From positions 17,641-81,640 of the forward strand of contig JAAOIH010000001.1 in assembly GCA_015163875.1 (NCBI GenBank): a DNA stretch of 64,000 nucleotides, read 5' to 3'. The position numbers were made by a program, and so were the translations under genes. Under the pieces are notes generated by a model that saw only the letters and a program-made list of their open reading frames with translations, did no database searches and had not been told where the DNA came from. This DNA comes from Bdellovibrionales bacterium (GTDB lineage Bacteria; Bdellovibrionota; Bdellovibrionia; Bdellovibrionales; UBA1609). Below are positions 48,180 to 58,389 of this stretch, in pieces (position 1 is the first letter of the stretch; each line of letters begins with the position of its first letter).

Positions 48180-48911
48180 TTAATCTTTTTCTGTTAAAAT
48201 TTCTTTAATAACTTCTACTCCAGAGCTTAGCCCTAATCTATCCACGCCCATTTTTAAATATTCTTTTGCTTGAACAAAGCTTTTAATTCCACCACTAGCT
48301 TTTATTCTTAAGCGATTTTTATCATAAGCTCTGGCAGCTTTTATAATTTTTATATCTTCTATAGAGGCGCCTCTTGTAGAAAACCCAGTTGAAGTTTTTA
48401 TGTAATGTGCCTTAGCATTTTGTATAATTTTTGTAGCCTGTATAATTTCTTGCTCTGACAGCAAAGCTGTTTCTATAATTACTTTAAGAATATTATCTTT
48501 GCTGTGTGCTTCTAAAACATCTAAAACTTTTTTAATTTCTTCTTCTACATATTGAAACTCTTGATTTTTTAAAGCAGAAATATTTATAACCATGTCAATT
48601 TCAACAGCACCATCATTTAAAGCTTGAATTGTTTCGGCAACTTTTGTTTCTGTGGAGTTGTAGCCCAAAGGAAAACCAATTACTGTACAAATTTTTGGAG
48701 GATTAATTGGAGTTGGTTTTGTTTTTTTAAAAAAATTAACTGCGCGCTTTATAAAACACGGGGGAATGCACACAGAATAAAATCCGTGATGTATTGCCTC
48801 GTCACAAAGTTTTAAAATTTGCTTTTGGCTAGCACCAGGCTTTAACATAGTATGATCTATTTTACTGGCAACTTCTTGTGCCGAGGCTTTCTTTGCTTGT
48901 AAAGTGTTCAT
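48180..48911 (-). CDS. deoC: deoxyribose-phosphate aldolase
   Basis: IDHTMLKP, IKTSTGF and KASGGI motifs of DeoC. ORF extends to 49010, but ATG 48911 gives the normal length. Confidence 0.85.
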   Translation of the reverse strand: MNTLQAKKASAQEVASKIDHTMLKPGASQKQILKLCDEAIHHGFYSVCIPPCFIKRAVNFFKKTKPTPINPPKICTVIGFPLGYNSTETKVAETIQALNDGAVEIDMVINISALKNQEFQYVEEEIKKVLDVLEAHSKDNILKVIIETALLSEQEIIQATKIIQNAKAHYIKTSTGFSTRGASIEDIKIIKAARAYDKNRLRIKASGGIKSFVQAKEYLKMGVDRLGLSSGVEVIKEILTEKD

Positions 48912-48948
48912 AGTGTATAGACATATAAAAAAACAAGGGACTTGGCAA

Positions 48949-50196
48949 ATGAATAGGCTACTAATTAACAAGAGGGCTAGTACAGAACAGGTAGTTTTTG
49001 TACAGGGCAATGTAGTTAAAAATTTTTGGTTTCATAATTTAAATAAACCTTTATTTGTTGGGTCTATTTATAAAGCCAAAGTTTCAAGAGTTGTAAAAAG
49101 CATTAGATCAGCTTTTGTAGATTTCGGAATGGATAACCCAGGGTTTTTATACGAAAAAGATGTACAAGAAATAAGAGCAAATAAAAATTTAAACAAAGAA
49201 TGTCTAATAGAAAATGTTTTAGCTCCAGGGGATAATTTAATTGTTCAGGTTCGCAAAGCCCCAATCGGCAACAAGGCAATGCGACTAAGCACACATATTA
49301 CTTTGGCTGGGGCGTATTTAGTTTTTATTCCAGAGGCATTAACTGATGAAGTTAAATTTTCTCGTAAATTTGCAGACGAAGAAAAAAAAACAAAGCTAAT
49401 TAATTGGTTTAAAGAATTAAATTTAAACTCATCTGTAATTTTTAGAACAGCGGCAGAGTTTGCATCCATAAAAGATTTACAAAAAGATTTATTGCATTTA
49501 AAAAATTCATGGGAAAGTTTAAAAAAAGACATTAGCTCAAAAAAAGTCGGAAGCTGTCTTTTGCAGGCGCGACACACAGAAACTTATTTACGAGATTTAT
49601 TAGTACACAACATTGATGAGATAATTGTTAACGATAAAGATAGCTATAATAATATTAATTTAATATTAAAAGATTCTTTTTCTTTTTTAAAATCTAATTT
49701 AAAATTGCAAGTTACAGATAATTTATTTTCTGATGCAGGTATTACAAAACAAATACAACAATTATTTAAAAAAACAGTATGGTTAAAATCTGGAGCTTAT
49801 TTAGTTATCGAAGAAACAGAAATGGGAGTAAGCATTGATGTAAACACTGGCAAAAATACTAACAGCAATCATAATCCAGAAGAATTTGTTTTTCAAATTA
49901 ACAAAGAGGCAGCTACAGAAGCTGTTTCACAAATTATGCTAAGGTCTTGTGGAGGATTAATTTTTATAGATTTTATTGATATGGATTTAGAAGAACATAA
50001 ATTACAATTATTAGAGCATTTGCAGAAATTATTTAAAGCAGACCAATCATATACTAGATGTTACCCAGTTTCTGACTTAGGAATAGTAGAAATTAGTCGC
50101 AAAAGAACAGGCCCAAGCTTATTAAGCAGGGCTAGTAACAAATGCACTAACTGCAACGGAGACGGCAATTTGTTAAAAGAAGATTTTATATATTAG
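48949..50196 (+). CDS. rng: ribonuclease G/E family endoribonuclease
   Basis: S1 domain (VGSIYKAKVSRVVKSIRSAFVDFG) and catalytic core (GGLIFIDFIDM). ORF opens at GTG 48904; ATG 48949 has an AAGGGA RBS. Confidence 0.85.
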   Translation: MNRLLINKRASTEQVVFVQGNVVKNFWFHNLNKPLFVGSIYKAKVSRVVKSIRSAFVDFGMDNPGFLYEKDVQEIRANKNLNKECLIENVLAPGDNLIVQVRKAPIGNKAMRLSTHITLAGAYLVFIPEALTDEVKFSRKFADEEKKTKLINWFKELNLNSSVIFRTAAEFASIKDLQKDLLHLKNSWESLKKDISSKKVGSCLLQARHTETYLRDLLVHNIDEIIVNDKDSYNNINLILKDSFSFLKSNLKLQVTDNLFSDAGITKQIQQLFKKTVWLKSGAYLVIEETEMGVSIDVNTGKNTNSNHNPEEFVFQINKEAATEAVSQIMLRSCGGLIFIDFIDMDLEEHKLQLLEHLQKLFKADQSYTRCYPVSDLGIVEISRKRTGPSLLSRASNKCTNCNGDGNLLKEDFIY

Positions 50197-50315
50197 CAAT
50201 CTTGACATCAGGCTTAATTTAGTGAAAAACTGCATTGTTTAAGATTTTTGATAAAGCAAATCTATAAATGATGATTCAAAATGTTATTGTAATTTATATT
50301 TAAAGGAAATTAATA

Positions 50316-51392
50316 ATGGGCTCTCAAAAAAATATCAACGAAGTTCAAGTTTTAGCAACGGCAGAATATATATGGTTAGACGGAGCCAGCCCAACACAAG
50401 ATATTAGAACTAAAACACGAATCTTAAGTACACATTCTGCAAATAAAATTGAAGACTTTCCAGAGTGGGGATTTGATGGGTCATCAACATGGCAGGCACA
50501 TGGCTCTCATTCTGATTGCGTACTAAAACCTGTTTATTTTTGTTTAAATCCATTAAGAACAATGGCCGGAAATCATTATGTAGTTGTGTGTGAAGTTTAC
50601 GAGTCTGACGGACAGCCTCATAGCTCTAACGCCAGACATAATTTAAAAGAATTATTAAATAAATCTAAAGGAACAAATCCGTGGATAGGCTTTGAACAAG
50701 AATATACATTTTTTGAATACACTCGTCCGCTGGGATGGCCAGACAAAGGCGGTTTTCCAGAACCACAAGGCCCATTTTATTGTGGGGTTGGCGAAAATAA
50801 AGTTTTTGGCAGAGATATTGTAGAAGAACATATGGATGTGTGCCAAAGAGCCGGCTTAAGTTTTTATGGAATTAACGCAGAGGTAATGCCCTCACAATGG
50901 GAATTTCAAGTAGGATATCGCGGTGTAAGCAGCGAAGCAAGTGACCCACTAAGCATCTCTGATCAAATGTGGATTGCTAGATATATGTTAAAAATGGTGG
51001 CAGAAAAATATGGAGTAATTGTATCTTTTAGCAATAAGCCAATGCCTGGTGATTGGAATGGCGCTGGAATGCACACTAATTTTTCTACAAATGCCACAAG
51101 AGAAAAAGGAACTGGCTTAGATGCAATAAACAAAGTTGTTGAAAATCTTAAAAAAAATCACAGTAAAGACATTCGCAAATATGGAGCAGGCCTAGAAGAA
51201 AGACTTACAGGCCTTCACGAAACTTGTCACATAGGTCAATTTAGATCTGGAGTTTCTGACAGAGGGGCATCTATTAGAATTCCACTTCAAACATCACAAA
51301 ATTCTTGCGGATATTTTGAAGACAGAAGGCCTGGAGCAAATGCTGATCCATATAAAGTTTCTGCATGTCTTGTTGAGGCGGCGTGTTTTTAG
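50316..51392 (+). CDS. glnII: glutamine synthetase type II (eukaryote-like GSII)
   Basis: 358 aa. AEYIWLDG N-terminus, GAGMHTNFST, RPGANADPY motifs characteristic of GSII rather than GSI. Confidence 0.9.
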   Translation: MGSQKNINEVQVLATAEYIWLDGASPTQDIRTKTRILSTHSANKIEDFPEWGFDGSSTWQAHGSHSDCVLKPVYFCLNPLRTMAGNHYVVVCEVYESDGQPHSSNARHNLKELLNKSKGTNPWIGFEQEYTFFEYTRPLGWPDKGGFPEPQGPFYCGVGENKVFGRDIVEEHMDVCQRAGLSFYGINAEVMPSQWEFQVGYRGVSSEASDPLSISDQMWIARYMLKMVAEKYGVIVSFSNKPMPGDWNGAGMHTNFSTNATREKGTGLDAINKVVENLKKNHSKDIRKYGAGLEERLTGLHETCHIGQFRSGVSDRGASIRIPLQTSQNSCGYFEDRRPGANADPYKVSACLVEAACF

Positions 51393-51445
51393 TTTTTAAT
51401 AAAATAAAATAAAATAAAAAATAAATTAATCAAAAGAAGTTTATT

Positions 51446-51793
51446 ATGGTACAAAATATAGGAATTAAAATAGAAGATAATAAAAACGCCAAAGTTGTTA
51501 GCATTGAAGGACTTTTAGATGCGTCAATGGCAAATGCAGTTAGCGAAAGACTGCATGATATTTTAGAGGGCGAATGCAAAAAATTAGTTTTTGACTTAAG
51601 TAGCCTTGAATACATATCTAGCGCAGGCCTTCGTGTTTTATTATATTCTGCTAAAAAAATGCAATCAAAAAACGGACAAACATCTCTTTGTGATATTCCA
51701 AAAAGTGTTCAAAGAGTATTAGAAATTAGCGGATTAAATACTATTTTTTCAATTCATAAAAATATAGACACAGCAATTTCCTCTATGAAATAA
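51446..51793 (+). CDS. STAS-domain anti-sigma-factor antagonist (SpoIIAA/RsbV-like)
   Basis: 115 aa. DLSSLEYISSAGLRVL contains the conserved phosphorylatable Ser context (DxSxVxxIDSxGL). Confidence 0.85.
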   Translation: MVQNIGIKIEDNKNAKVVSIEGLLDASMANAVSERLHDILEGECKKLVFDLSSLEYISSAGLRVLLYSAKKMQSKNGQTSLCDIPKSVQRVLEISGLNTIFSIHKNIDTAISSMK

Positions 51794-51804
51794 ATTTAAA
51801 AAAT

Positions 51805-53085
51805 ATGTCTATTCAGATCTTAGAAATTAACTATATTTTAAATACATTTCTTCTTCTTTTTTCTGCAACACTAGTTATGTGGATGGCCGCTGGTTTTTGC
51901 ATGTTAGAAAGCGGGCTTGTTCGCTCTAAAAGTACAGCAGTAATTTGTTTAAAAAATATTGTCCTATATGCAGGCGCCTGCGCTTGTTATTATTTATTAG
52001 GATATAATTTAATGTTTAAAGATGTCGGTCTATGGATAGGAACTTTAGATTTTTTTGTTTTTCCAAATATTGAGGAACTAAAACTTTTAAGCGGAGCTAA
52101 TGTTAATTTACAAAAACTATTATCTACTGGATCTTTTTCTTTAGCGATAGTATTTTTTCAAATGGTATTTGTTGCAACTACTGCATCTATTATATCTGGA
52201 GCTTTAGCAGAAAGAGTTAAGATGTGGTCTTTTTTTATTTTTATAGCTGTTTTTTGCATTTTTATTTATCCAACAGTTGGCGCATGGACTTGGGGGAATG
52301 GCTGGCTATCACAAATGGGATTTAAAGATTTTGCAGGATCAACTATTGTTCACTCAGCCGGAGGCTGGGCTGCTTTATTTGGTGCATGGCTAGTGGGGCC
52401 ACGATCTGGAAAATATAATAAAAATGGAAAAGTTGTTTCGACTCCAGCGTCCAATGTTCCACTTGCAACATTGGGAACTTTTATTCTTTGGTTCGGATGG
52501 CTAGGATTTAACGGAGGATCTGTGTTAAGCTTAAGCAGCGTTTTTGATGTTGCAACAATGGCAATTGTTTTTTTTAATACTAATTTAGCAGCAGTTGGAG
52601 GGGTACTATCTGCATTGGGCTTAAGTTTATTACTTTATAAACAAGTAAAAGTTCTTTTAGTTTTAAACGGAGCAATAGCAGGGCTAGTAGCAATTACAGC
52701 GGGACCAGATATTTCTAATCCAATATTTGCATTTATAATTGGCTCTATAGGAGGGGTTTTATCAACATTGGCCATTCCTGTTTTAGAAAAATTTAAAATA
52801 GATGATGTTGTTGGAGCAGTTCCAGCACACTTAGTTTCTGGAATTTGGGGAACATTAGCTGTTGGAATCTTTACAGAAGCATCTTTTAAAATACAATTAA
52901 TAGGAGTTGTAAGTGTAGGACTTTTTGTATTAACAAGTTCTGCAATTGCATGGTTAATTATTAAGTGGACACTGGGGCTTAGAGTTTCATCTAGCTCAGA
53001 ATTTTTAGGACAAGATATTACAGAGCTTGGAATAGAGGCTTACCCAGAATTTTTAAACATAGATGATTTACATAATAAACAATAG
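51805..53085 (+). CDS. amt: ammonium transporter Amt
   Basis: 11-TM Amt/MEP pattern (FAGSTIVHSAGGWAALFGAWLVGPR, LGTFILWFGWLGFNGGS, DDVVGAVPAHLVSGIWGTLAVG). Confidence 0.95.
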   Translation: MSIQILEINYILNTFLLLFSATLVMWMAAGFCMLESGLVRSKSTAVICLKNIVLYAGACACYYLLGYNLMFKDVGLWIGTLDFFVFPNIEELKLLSGANVNLQKLLSTGSFSLAIVFFQMVFVATTASIISGALAERVKMWSFFIFIAVFCIFIYPTVGAWTWGNGWLSQMGFKDFAGSTIVHSAGGWAALFGAWLVGPRSGKYNKNGKVVSTPASNVPLATLGTFILWFGWLGFNGGSVLSLSSVFDVATMAIVFFNTNLAAVGGVLSALGLSLLLYKQVKVLLVLNGAIAGLVAITAGPDISNPIFAFIIGSIGGVLSTLAIPVLEKFKIDDVVGAVPAHLVSGIWGTLAVGIFTEASFKIQLIGVVSVGLFVLTSSAIAWLIIKWTLGLRVSSSSEFLGQDITELGIEAYPEFLNIDDLHNKQ

Positions 53086-53093
53086 GAATACAA

Positions 53094-53537
53094 ATGGACT
53101 TAAAAAATACAATTAAATCAAATTGCATACTATCTTATAATTTAAAAAAAATAGAAGATTTGCAAATCATGATGGATTTGTTTCAAGATTATCATAATGC
53201 ACACGCAATGAATGAAAAAGTATTTTTTGATTTTAAACTTTGTATAGAAGAAGTTATAGTAAATATATTTATCCATGGGTATAAAGAATTTAAAAAAGAA
53301 CCAGATATAAATTTATGTTTATATAAAACAGAAGACTGCTTTGTTGCTGATGTAATTGATAATGCAAAAACTTTTAATCCAGTAAGCGATTTTATACAAA
53401 TGAATTTTGCAACCAGCATAGAAAAAAAACCAATTGGAGGCCTTGGCATACGCTTATTAAAAAATCTTTCTGATGATTTAGAATATATCCCAAGAGAAAG
53501 CGGAAACCAATTAAAAATTTATAAAAAATATAATTAG
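53094..53537 (+). CDS. anti-sigma regulatory factor-type Ser/Thr kinase (RsbW/SpoIIAB-like HATPase)
   Basis: 147 aa. N-box-like EEVIVNIFIHGY and G-box GGLGIRLL. Confidence 0.75.
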   Translation: MDLKNTIKSNCILSYNLKKIEDLQIMMDLFQDYHNAHAMNEKVFFDFKLCIEEVIVNIFIHGYKEFKKEPDINLCLYKTEDCFVADVIDNAKTFNPVSDFIQMNFATSIEKKPIGGLGIRLLKNLSDDLEYIPRESGNQLKIYKKYN

Positions 53538-53555
53538 TTTTTAAGGAATTAAATT

Positions 53556-54716
53556 ATGGTAAAAATTTTAGTGGTAGATGACGAAGTAGACATGGAGTCA
53601 TTGATTACACAAAAGTTTAGAAAAAAACTTCACAGTAAAGAGTGGGAAATGATATTCCGCCACAACGGAGAGCAGGCCCTAGATGTTTTACAAAAAGATC
53701 CAACAATTGATATTGTTTTGTCTGATATAAATATGCCACAAATGAACGGACTAACTCTTACTCAAAAAATTCAAGAAGCTGGATTTGATATACGAACAGT
53801 AATTGTTTCAGCTTATGGAGATATTGAAAATATAAGAACGGCAATGAATAACGGAGCATTTGATTTTATTACTAAGCCAATTAATTTTAAAGACATGGAG
53901 CACACAATAACAAGAGGCTTTGATAATCTTTCTAAAATGAAAGATGCAATGCAATCTAAAAATGATTTGATTCATTTAAAAAAAGAATTAAATCTAGCTC
54001 ATAAAATTCAACAGTCTATACTTCCAAATGATTTTAATTTAGATAAAAATTGTGAAATACATGCAGTTATGACTCCCGCAAAAGAAATTGGTGGTGATTT
54101 TTATGATTTTTTTAAAATAGATAACGATCACATTGCACTTGTAGTTGCAGATGTTTCTGGCAAAGGCGTCGCAGCAGCTTTATTTGCTCTGATTACACAA
54201 ACAGTATTAAATGGATTAAGTATGTCTAATAATCCAAGCGAAGTGTGTAAAGTTATTAAAGAGGTTAATAAAAAAAGTTGTATAAATAATGAAAGCTTAA
54301 TGTTTGTTACACTTTTTTACGGAGTGCTTAACACAAAAACAGGCAAATTTACTTACACTAATGCAGGACACAACCCACCCTTTATAATTAAAAATGATTT
54401 TAAAGTTGAAGAGCTTGAGCTAACTGACGGAATTCCATTGGGGATATCTATAGATAAAGATTTTTTAGAAAAAACAATAGAATTAAAACCAGAAGAAACA
54501 TTATTTATTTATACAGACGGAGTAACAGAGTCTATGAATTCTGATAACCAAGAGTTTGGAGAATCTAGATTAATAAAAATTTTATCAGAGCCGTGCAAAA
54601 AAGATATTAAATCTCTTAATACAAAAGTACACCAAAGTGTTAAAGATTTTGCAGGCGACACTCCACAGTCTGATGATTTAACTTATCTTGCTATTAAATA
54701 TTTGCCAAAACAATAA
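53556..54716 (+). CDS. response-regulator receiver fused to PP2C/SpoIIE phosphatase (RsbU-like)
   Basis: Receiver (ILVVDDE...LSDINMPQMNG...ITKP) plus PP2C (GGDFYDFF, VADVSGKGVAAAL, YTDGVTE, DDLTYLA). Confidence 0.9.
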   Translation: MVKILVVDDEVDMESLITQKFRKKLHSKEWEMIFRHNGEQALDVLQKDPTIDIVLSDINMPQMNGLTLTQKIQEAGFDIRTVIVSAYGDIENIRTAMNNGAFDFITKPINFKDMEHTITRGFDNLSKMKDAMQSKNDLIHLKKELNLAHKIQQSILPNDFNLDKNCEIHAVMTPAKEIGGDFYDFFKIDNDHIALVVADVSGKGVAAALFALITQTVLNGLSMSNNPSEVCKVIKEVNKKSCINNESLMFVTLFYGVLNTKTGKFTYTNAGHNPPFIIKNDFKVEELELTDGIPLGISIDKDFLEKTIELKPEETLFIYTDGVTESMNSDNQEFGESRLIKILSEPCKKDIKSLNTKVHQSVKDFAGDTPQSDDLTYLAIKYLPKQ

Positions 54717-54727
54717 AGGAATATATT

Positions 54728-55915
54728 TTGATTTTTCGTTTTTTATTTTTTATTAACTTTTTTTTTTCAAATTTTGCAATTGCAAATTCTGATTTTGTAG
54801 AAGGAGTAACTAAGACAGAAATATTTTTTGGACAATCTGCCGCATTAACGGGCCCTGCAAAAAGCTTAGGATTAAATATGCAAAAAGGCATTTTATCAGC
54901 ATTTGTAGAAGTAAATAATAATGGCGGGGTTAATGGCAGAAAACTTAGACTTAAAAGTTTAGACGATCACTACGAACCAGAAACGGCCATTAAAAATATT
55001 TACCACCTAATAGATAAAGAAAAAGTTTTTTCTTTAATTGGGGGAGTTGGTACGCCAACTTCAAAAGCAATCGTCCCCATTATTAAAAAATCAAAAAAAC
55101 TTTATATTGGCCCCCTTACAGGAGCCTCTTTTTTAAGATCATCCCATGTTAACACAGTTGTTAATATAAGAAGCTCTTACTTTCAAGAAATTAAAGAAAT
55201 GGTTTTAAGGTTAAAAAATGATTTAAAAATTAAACGAATTGCAATCTTTTATCAAAACGACTCTTATGGGATTGACGGCTTAAATGCTTTAGAAAAATCT
55301 GTAAAAGAGATTAATAAAGGATTAAAAATTGTTTCTAGAGGGTCTTATCTCAGAAACACAATGGCTATTAAAACCGCACTTTTAAATATTAAAAAAGCTA
55401 AGCCAGATGCTATTATTATTATTGGAACTTATTCACCTGCAGCACATTTTATAAAATGGTCAGAAAAGTTAAAAATTAAATCAAAACTTTTTTTATCTGT
55501 TTCTTTTGTTGGAGTTTCTGAATTGGCAAAAAAACTTAAAAATAGCAAAAGTCTTGTTTTTGTAACTCAGGTAGTTCCGTTTCCCTACAATAAAAAGGGG
55601 CGTCTTTTAAAAAATTATCACAGGGCAATGAAAAAAATTAAAAGCTCTAATAAAATAGGATTTGTTAGTTTAGAGGGCTACATTGTTGGAAGAATTGTAA
55701 TTGAAGCCCTTAAAAGAGCCGGAAAAAAATTAACAAACAAAAGTTTTAAAAAAGTTTTTAAATCAAAAAAAAGTAATTTTAATATCGATGGATTAAGGTT
55801 GTCTTATACTAAAAAAAATAATCAAGGATCTAATAAAGTGTTTCTTACAAGAATTTTTAAAGGAAGGGTTTTGCCTTTAAAAAATTTAAAAGCATTTTAT
55901 AAAAAAATAAAATAA
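54728..55915 (+). CDS. periplasmic substrate-binding protein, LivJ/branched-chain amino acid-binding type
   Basis: Signal peptide. FGQSAALTGPAKSLGLNMQKGILSAFVEVNNNGGVNGRKLRL is the type I periplasmic-binding signature. TTG start. Confidence 0.8.
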   Translation: MIFRFLFFINFFFSNFAIANSDFVEGVTKTEIFFGQSAALTGPAKSLGLNMQKGILSAFVEVNNNGGVNGRKLRLKSLDDHYEPETAIKNIYHLIDKEKVFSLIGGVGTPTSKAIVPIIKKSKKLYIGPLTGASFLRSSHVNTVVNIRSSYFQEIKEMVLRLKNDLKIKRIAIFYQNDSYGIDGLNALEKSVKEINKGLKIVSRGSYLRNTMAIKTALLNIKKAKPDAIIIIGTYSPAAHFIKWSEKLKIKSKLFLSVSFVGVSELAKKLKNSKSLVFVTQVVPFPYNKKGRLLKNYHRAMKKIKSSNKIGFVSLEGYIVGRIVIEALKRAGKKLTNKSFKKVFKSKKSNFNIDGLRLSYTKKNNQGSNKVFLTRIFKGRVLPLKNLKAFYKKIK

Positions 55916-55961
55916 ATTATTTTTACACAAAACTTTTATAATGTTTGATTCTTAATTTTTA

Positions 55962-58157
55962 TTATTTAGGCAATTTTAAAATAAATTTAGTAAATTCACC
56001 AAGCTTGCTTTCAAGCGTCATTGTGCCAGAGTGTTTTTGCATAATATCATTAGACAAAGAAAGCCCAAGGCCAGTGCCTTTGTCGGTTGGTTTTGTTGTA
56101 AAAAATGGATCAAAAACTTTTTGCTGAATTTCTTTAGAAATTCCAGGGCCGTTGTCTTTAATAGAAATTTCTATAAAATTTTTGTCGCCTTTATTTATTA
56201 ATCTAGTTTTAATTTCAATGATGGGCTTGTAATTATTTTTTTCTTCTTCTGTTGAAAATTTTTGTATTTTATCTTCTATTGCATCGCAGGAGTTGCCTAC
56301 TAAATTTAAAATAACTCTTGATATATCTTGAGGGTATATTTTTATTTTACCTAAGTTATCTTCATAATCTTTTTTAAATTCAACATCAAATCCAGAATTT
56401 ACAACAACTTTTCCTTTATAGGCCAGATTTATTGATCTATCTAAAAATGGATGTAGATCAATGTCTTCTTTTTTGTCATTTGCTGATTGCCCGCTGGAAT
56501 GCTGCAACATTCCAGTTACAATTTTATCAGTTCTTTGTCCGTGAGAATAAATTTTTTCTAAATTTTCGCCCAAGTCTTTCATTAATAAATTAATAAAGCT
56601 AATTTTTTCTTTTTCTAAAGTAGACTCTATTGATTTTAATTCCTCGACAAGTTCTTTTATAATATCTTTAGAAAGTAAAGAAAAATTATTAATAAAATTT
56701 AACGGATTTTTAATTTCATGTGCAACACCAGCTACTAGCCCACCTAAAGAAGCCAGTTTTTCTTGCATGACCATTTGTTTTTGAGCATTTTTTAATTTTT
56801 TAATAATGTCTTCTAGCTGATCATTTTTTTCTTGAATTTCTTTTGCTAATTTTTCTACTAAATTTATTCTTTGTGCCTCTATTGCATATTTACGAAACAC
56901 CTCTAATGATTTTGCCATATCTGCAATTTCGTCACTTCCACTAACAACTAATGGAATTTTTAAATCGCCATTAGACATTGTCAGCATTGTTTTAGATAAA
57001 GTTTTAATTCTTCCAATTAAGTATTTTTTTACAAATAAAATTCCTATCAATAAAGCTAAAAAAATAGTTATAATATTTAAAATTAAAAGTTGATTTTGAT
57101 TATTATAAATAGTTTTTTCAAAAACTTTAGATATATTATGACCATCAAGCTCTATACTTGTAATTAATATACCAGTTTGCTTAGATAGCAAAGTTACAAA
57201 ATGCCTATTTTTTTCTAAGTATTTTTTTTGTTGCTTTTGTTCTTGAAAAATTTTGCTTAATAATTTAAAAACCCCCTGATCTTTTATGTCAAAAGATTTG
57301 CTATTTTTTTTTCCAAAACCGCTTTGATCTAAAAAATAAATTTTTTCAGATATTTTTTTATATAAATTATGATTAGATAAAAACTTTAATGCATGCTGAG
57401 AATTTCTTAAAGCCGCACGAAACCTTTCTTTAATTGGTTGAATTAAATCAGCCTTTGATAGTTGAGAAACCTGAAGTAGCAAATTGGACAAAATATTACT
57501 TTGTGTATCTAAAGAAAGCAGCCCTCTATAGTAAGAAATAGATTCTGGGTTAGATCTAATATTAACTGGCACAGCTTTTTTTTGTTTTAAAGTTTTAAAT
57601 CCAGTGTGTAAAAAAAAAGTTTGGTTATCTATTGCAGATATTAATATTCTCCCAACTTCTCTGGATTCTTTAGTTACCTTAGATAAAAGAATGTTTAGAT
57701 CTTTTTTCCAGATTAAGGTGTTGCTAACTGACCTTTCTAAATTTTTTAAGTTTTCTAATAAAGATTGTGATAAAATTTGAATGTTGCCGACAGTGCCTTT
57801 TTTAGAATTATGTGTAGTTTGTTTTAGTTTATTTAATATATCAGACAACCCGTTGCTACTTTTGTTTATAATAATTTTTGTTTTATTTATTTCTTTTTCT
57901 GTTTGTGAAGAAAAAAGTCTTGGGGCAACCTCTGTTAAAGCGGCGCTTTCTTGGCCAATTTTTATGGCTAGCGAAAGTTCAGGAATTCTTTCTTCTGTAA
58001 TAGCCCTCTGAATTCCGTTCATTTCTATTAAAGATTTCCATCCCAAAAAACTGGCTATAAATATCAAGCCAACAAATATAAATAAACCAAAATACATTTG
58101 AACTCCAATAGTCCATTTAATTGGCAAATTTAAAAATAAATGTTTAAGAGATCTCAT
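55962..58157 (-). CDS. sensor histidine kinase with large periplasmic domain and HAMP
   Basis: Two TMs flanking about 330 aa, HAMP, H-box AHEIKNPLNF, HATPase (DNGPGI, GTGLGLS). Confidence 0.9.
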   Translation of the reverse strand: MRSLKHLFLNLPIKWTIGVQMYFGLFIFVGLIFIASFLGWKSLIEMNGIQRAITEERIPELSLAIKIGQESAALTEVAPRLFSSQTEKEINKTKIIINKSSNGLSDILNKLKQTTHNSKKGTVGNIQILSQSLLENLKNLERSVSNTLIWKKDLNILLSKVTKESREVGRILISAIDNQTFFLHTGFKTLKQKKAVPVNIRSNPESISYYRGLLSLDTQSNILSNLLLQVSQLSKADLIQPIKERFRAALRNSQHALKFLSNHNLYKKISEKIYFLDQSGFGKKNSKSFDIKDQGVFKLLSKIFQEQKQQKKYLEKNRHFVTLLSKQTGILITSIELDGHNISKVFEKTIYNNQNQLLILNIITIFLALLIGILFVKKYLIGRIKTLSKTMLTMSNGDLKIPLVVSGSDEIADMAKSLEVFRKYAIEAQRINLVEKLAKEIQEKNDQLEDIIKKLKNAQKQMVMQEKLASLGGLVAGVAHEIKNPLNFINNFSLLSKDIIKELVEELKSIESTLEKEKISFINLLMKDLGENLEKIYSHGQRTDKIVTGMLQHSSGQSANDKKEDIDLHPFLDRSINLAYKGKVVVNSGFDVEFKKDYEDNLGKIKIYPQDISRVILNLVGNSCDAIEDKIQKFSTEEEKNNYKPIIEIKTRLINKGDKNFIEISIKDNGPGISKEIQQKVFDPFFTTKPTDKGTGLGLSLSNDIMQKHSGTMTLESKLGEFTKFILKLPK

Positions 58158-58348
58158 AATTATTTTGCTTCATTTATCTGCTTATATTGATAGAGGCTAA
58201 TGAAAAGATATACATAAAATACATATAAGGGTCGCATATGGCAACCAGCCTAGCCGACAAAGAGCCTATTTGCGCCCATACTTTATGTCCTATTTATTGG
58301 CTTTTCTTGACAAGATATACCTCCCGTGGCAAAACTTTCTTTGATGAA

Positions 58349-58389
58349 TAGCTAAAAAAAAGCTATGACAGTAGCTAAAGCTATGACAG
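58349..58389. repeat. tandem direct repeat TAGCTAAA(AAAAA)GCTATGACAG x2 immediately upstream of the rplU RBS
   Basis: 58349-58371 and 58372-58389 are identical except for a 5-A insertion in the first copy. Confidence 0.8.
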
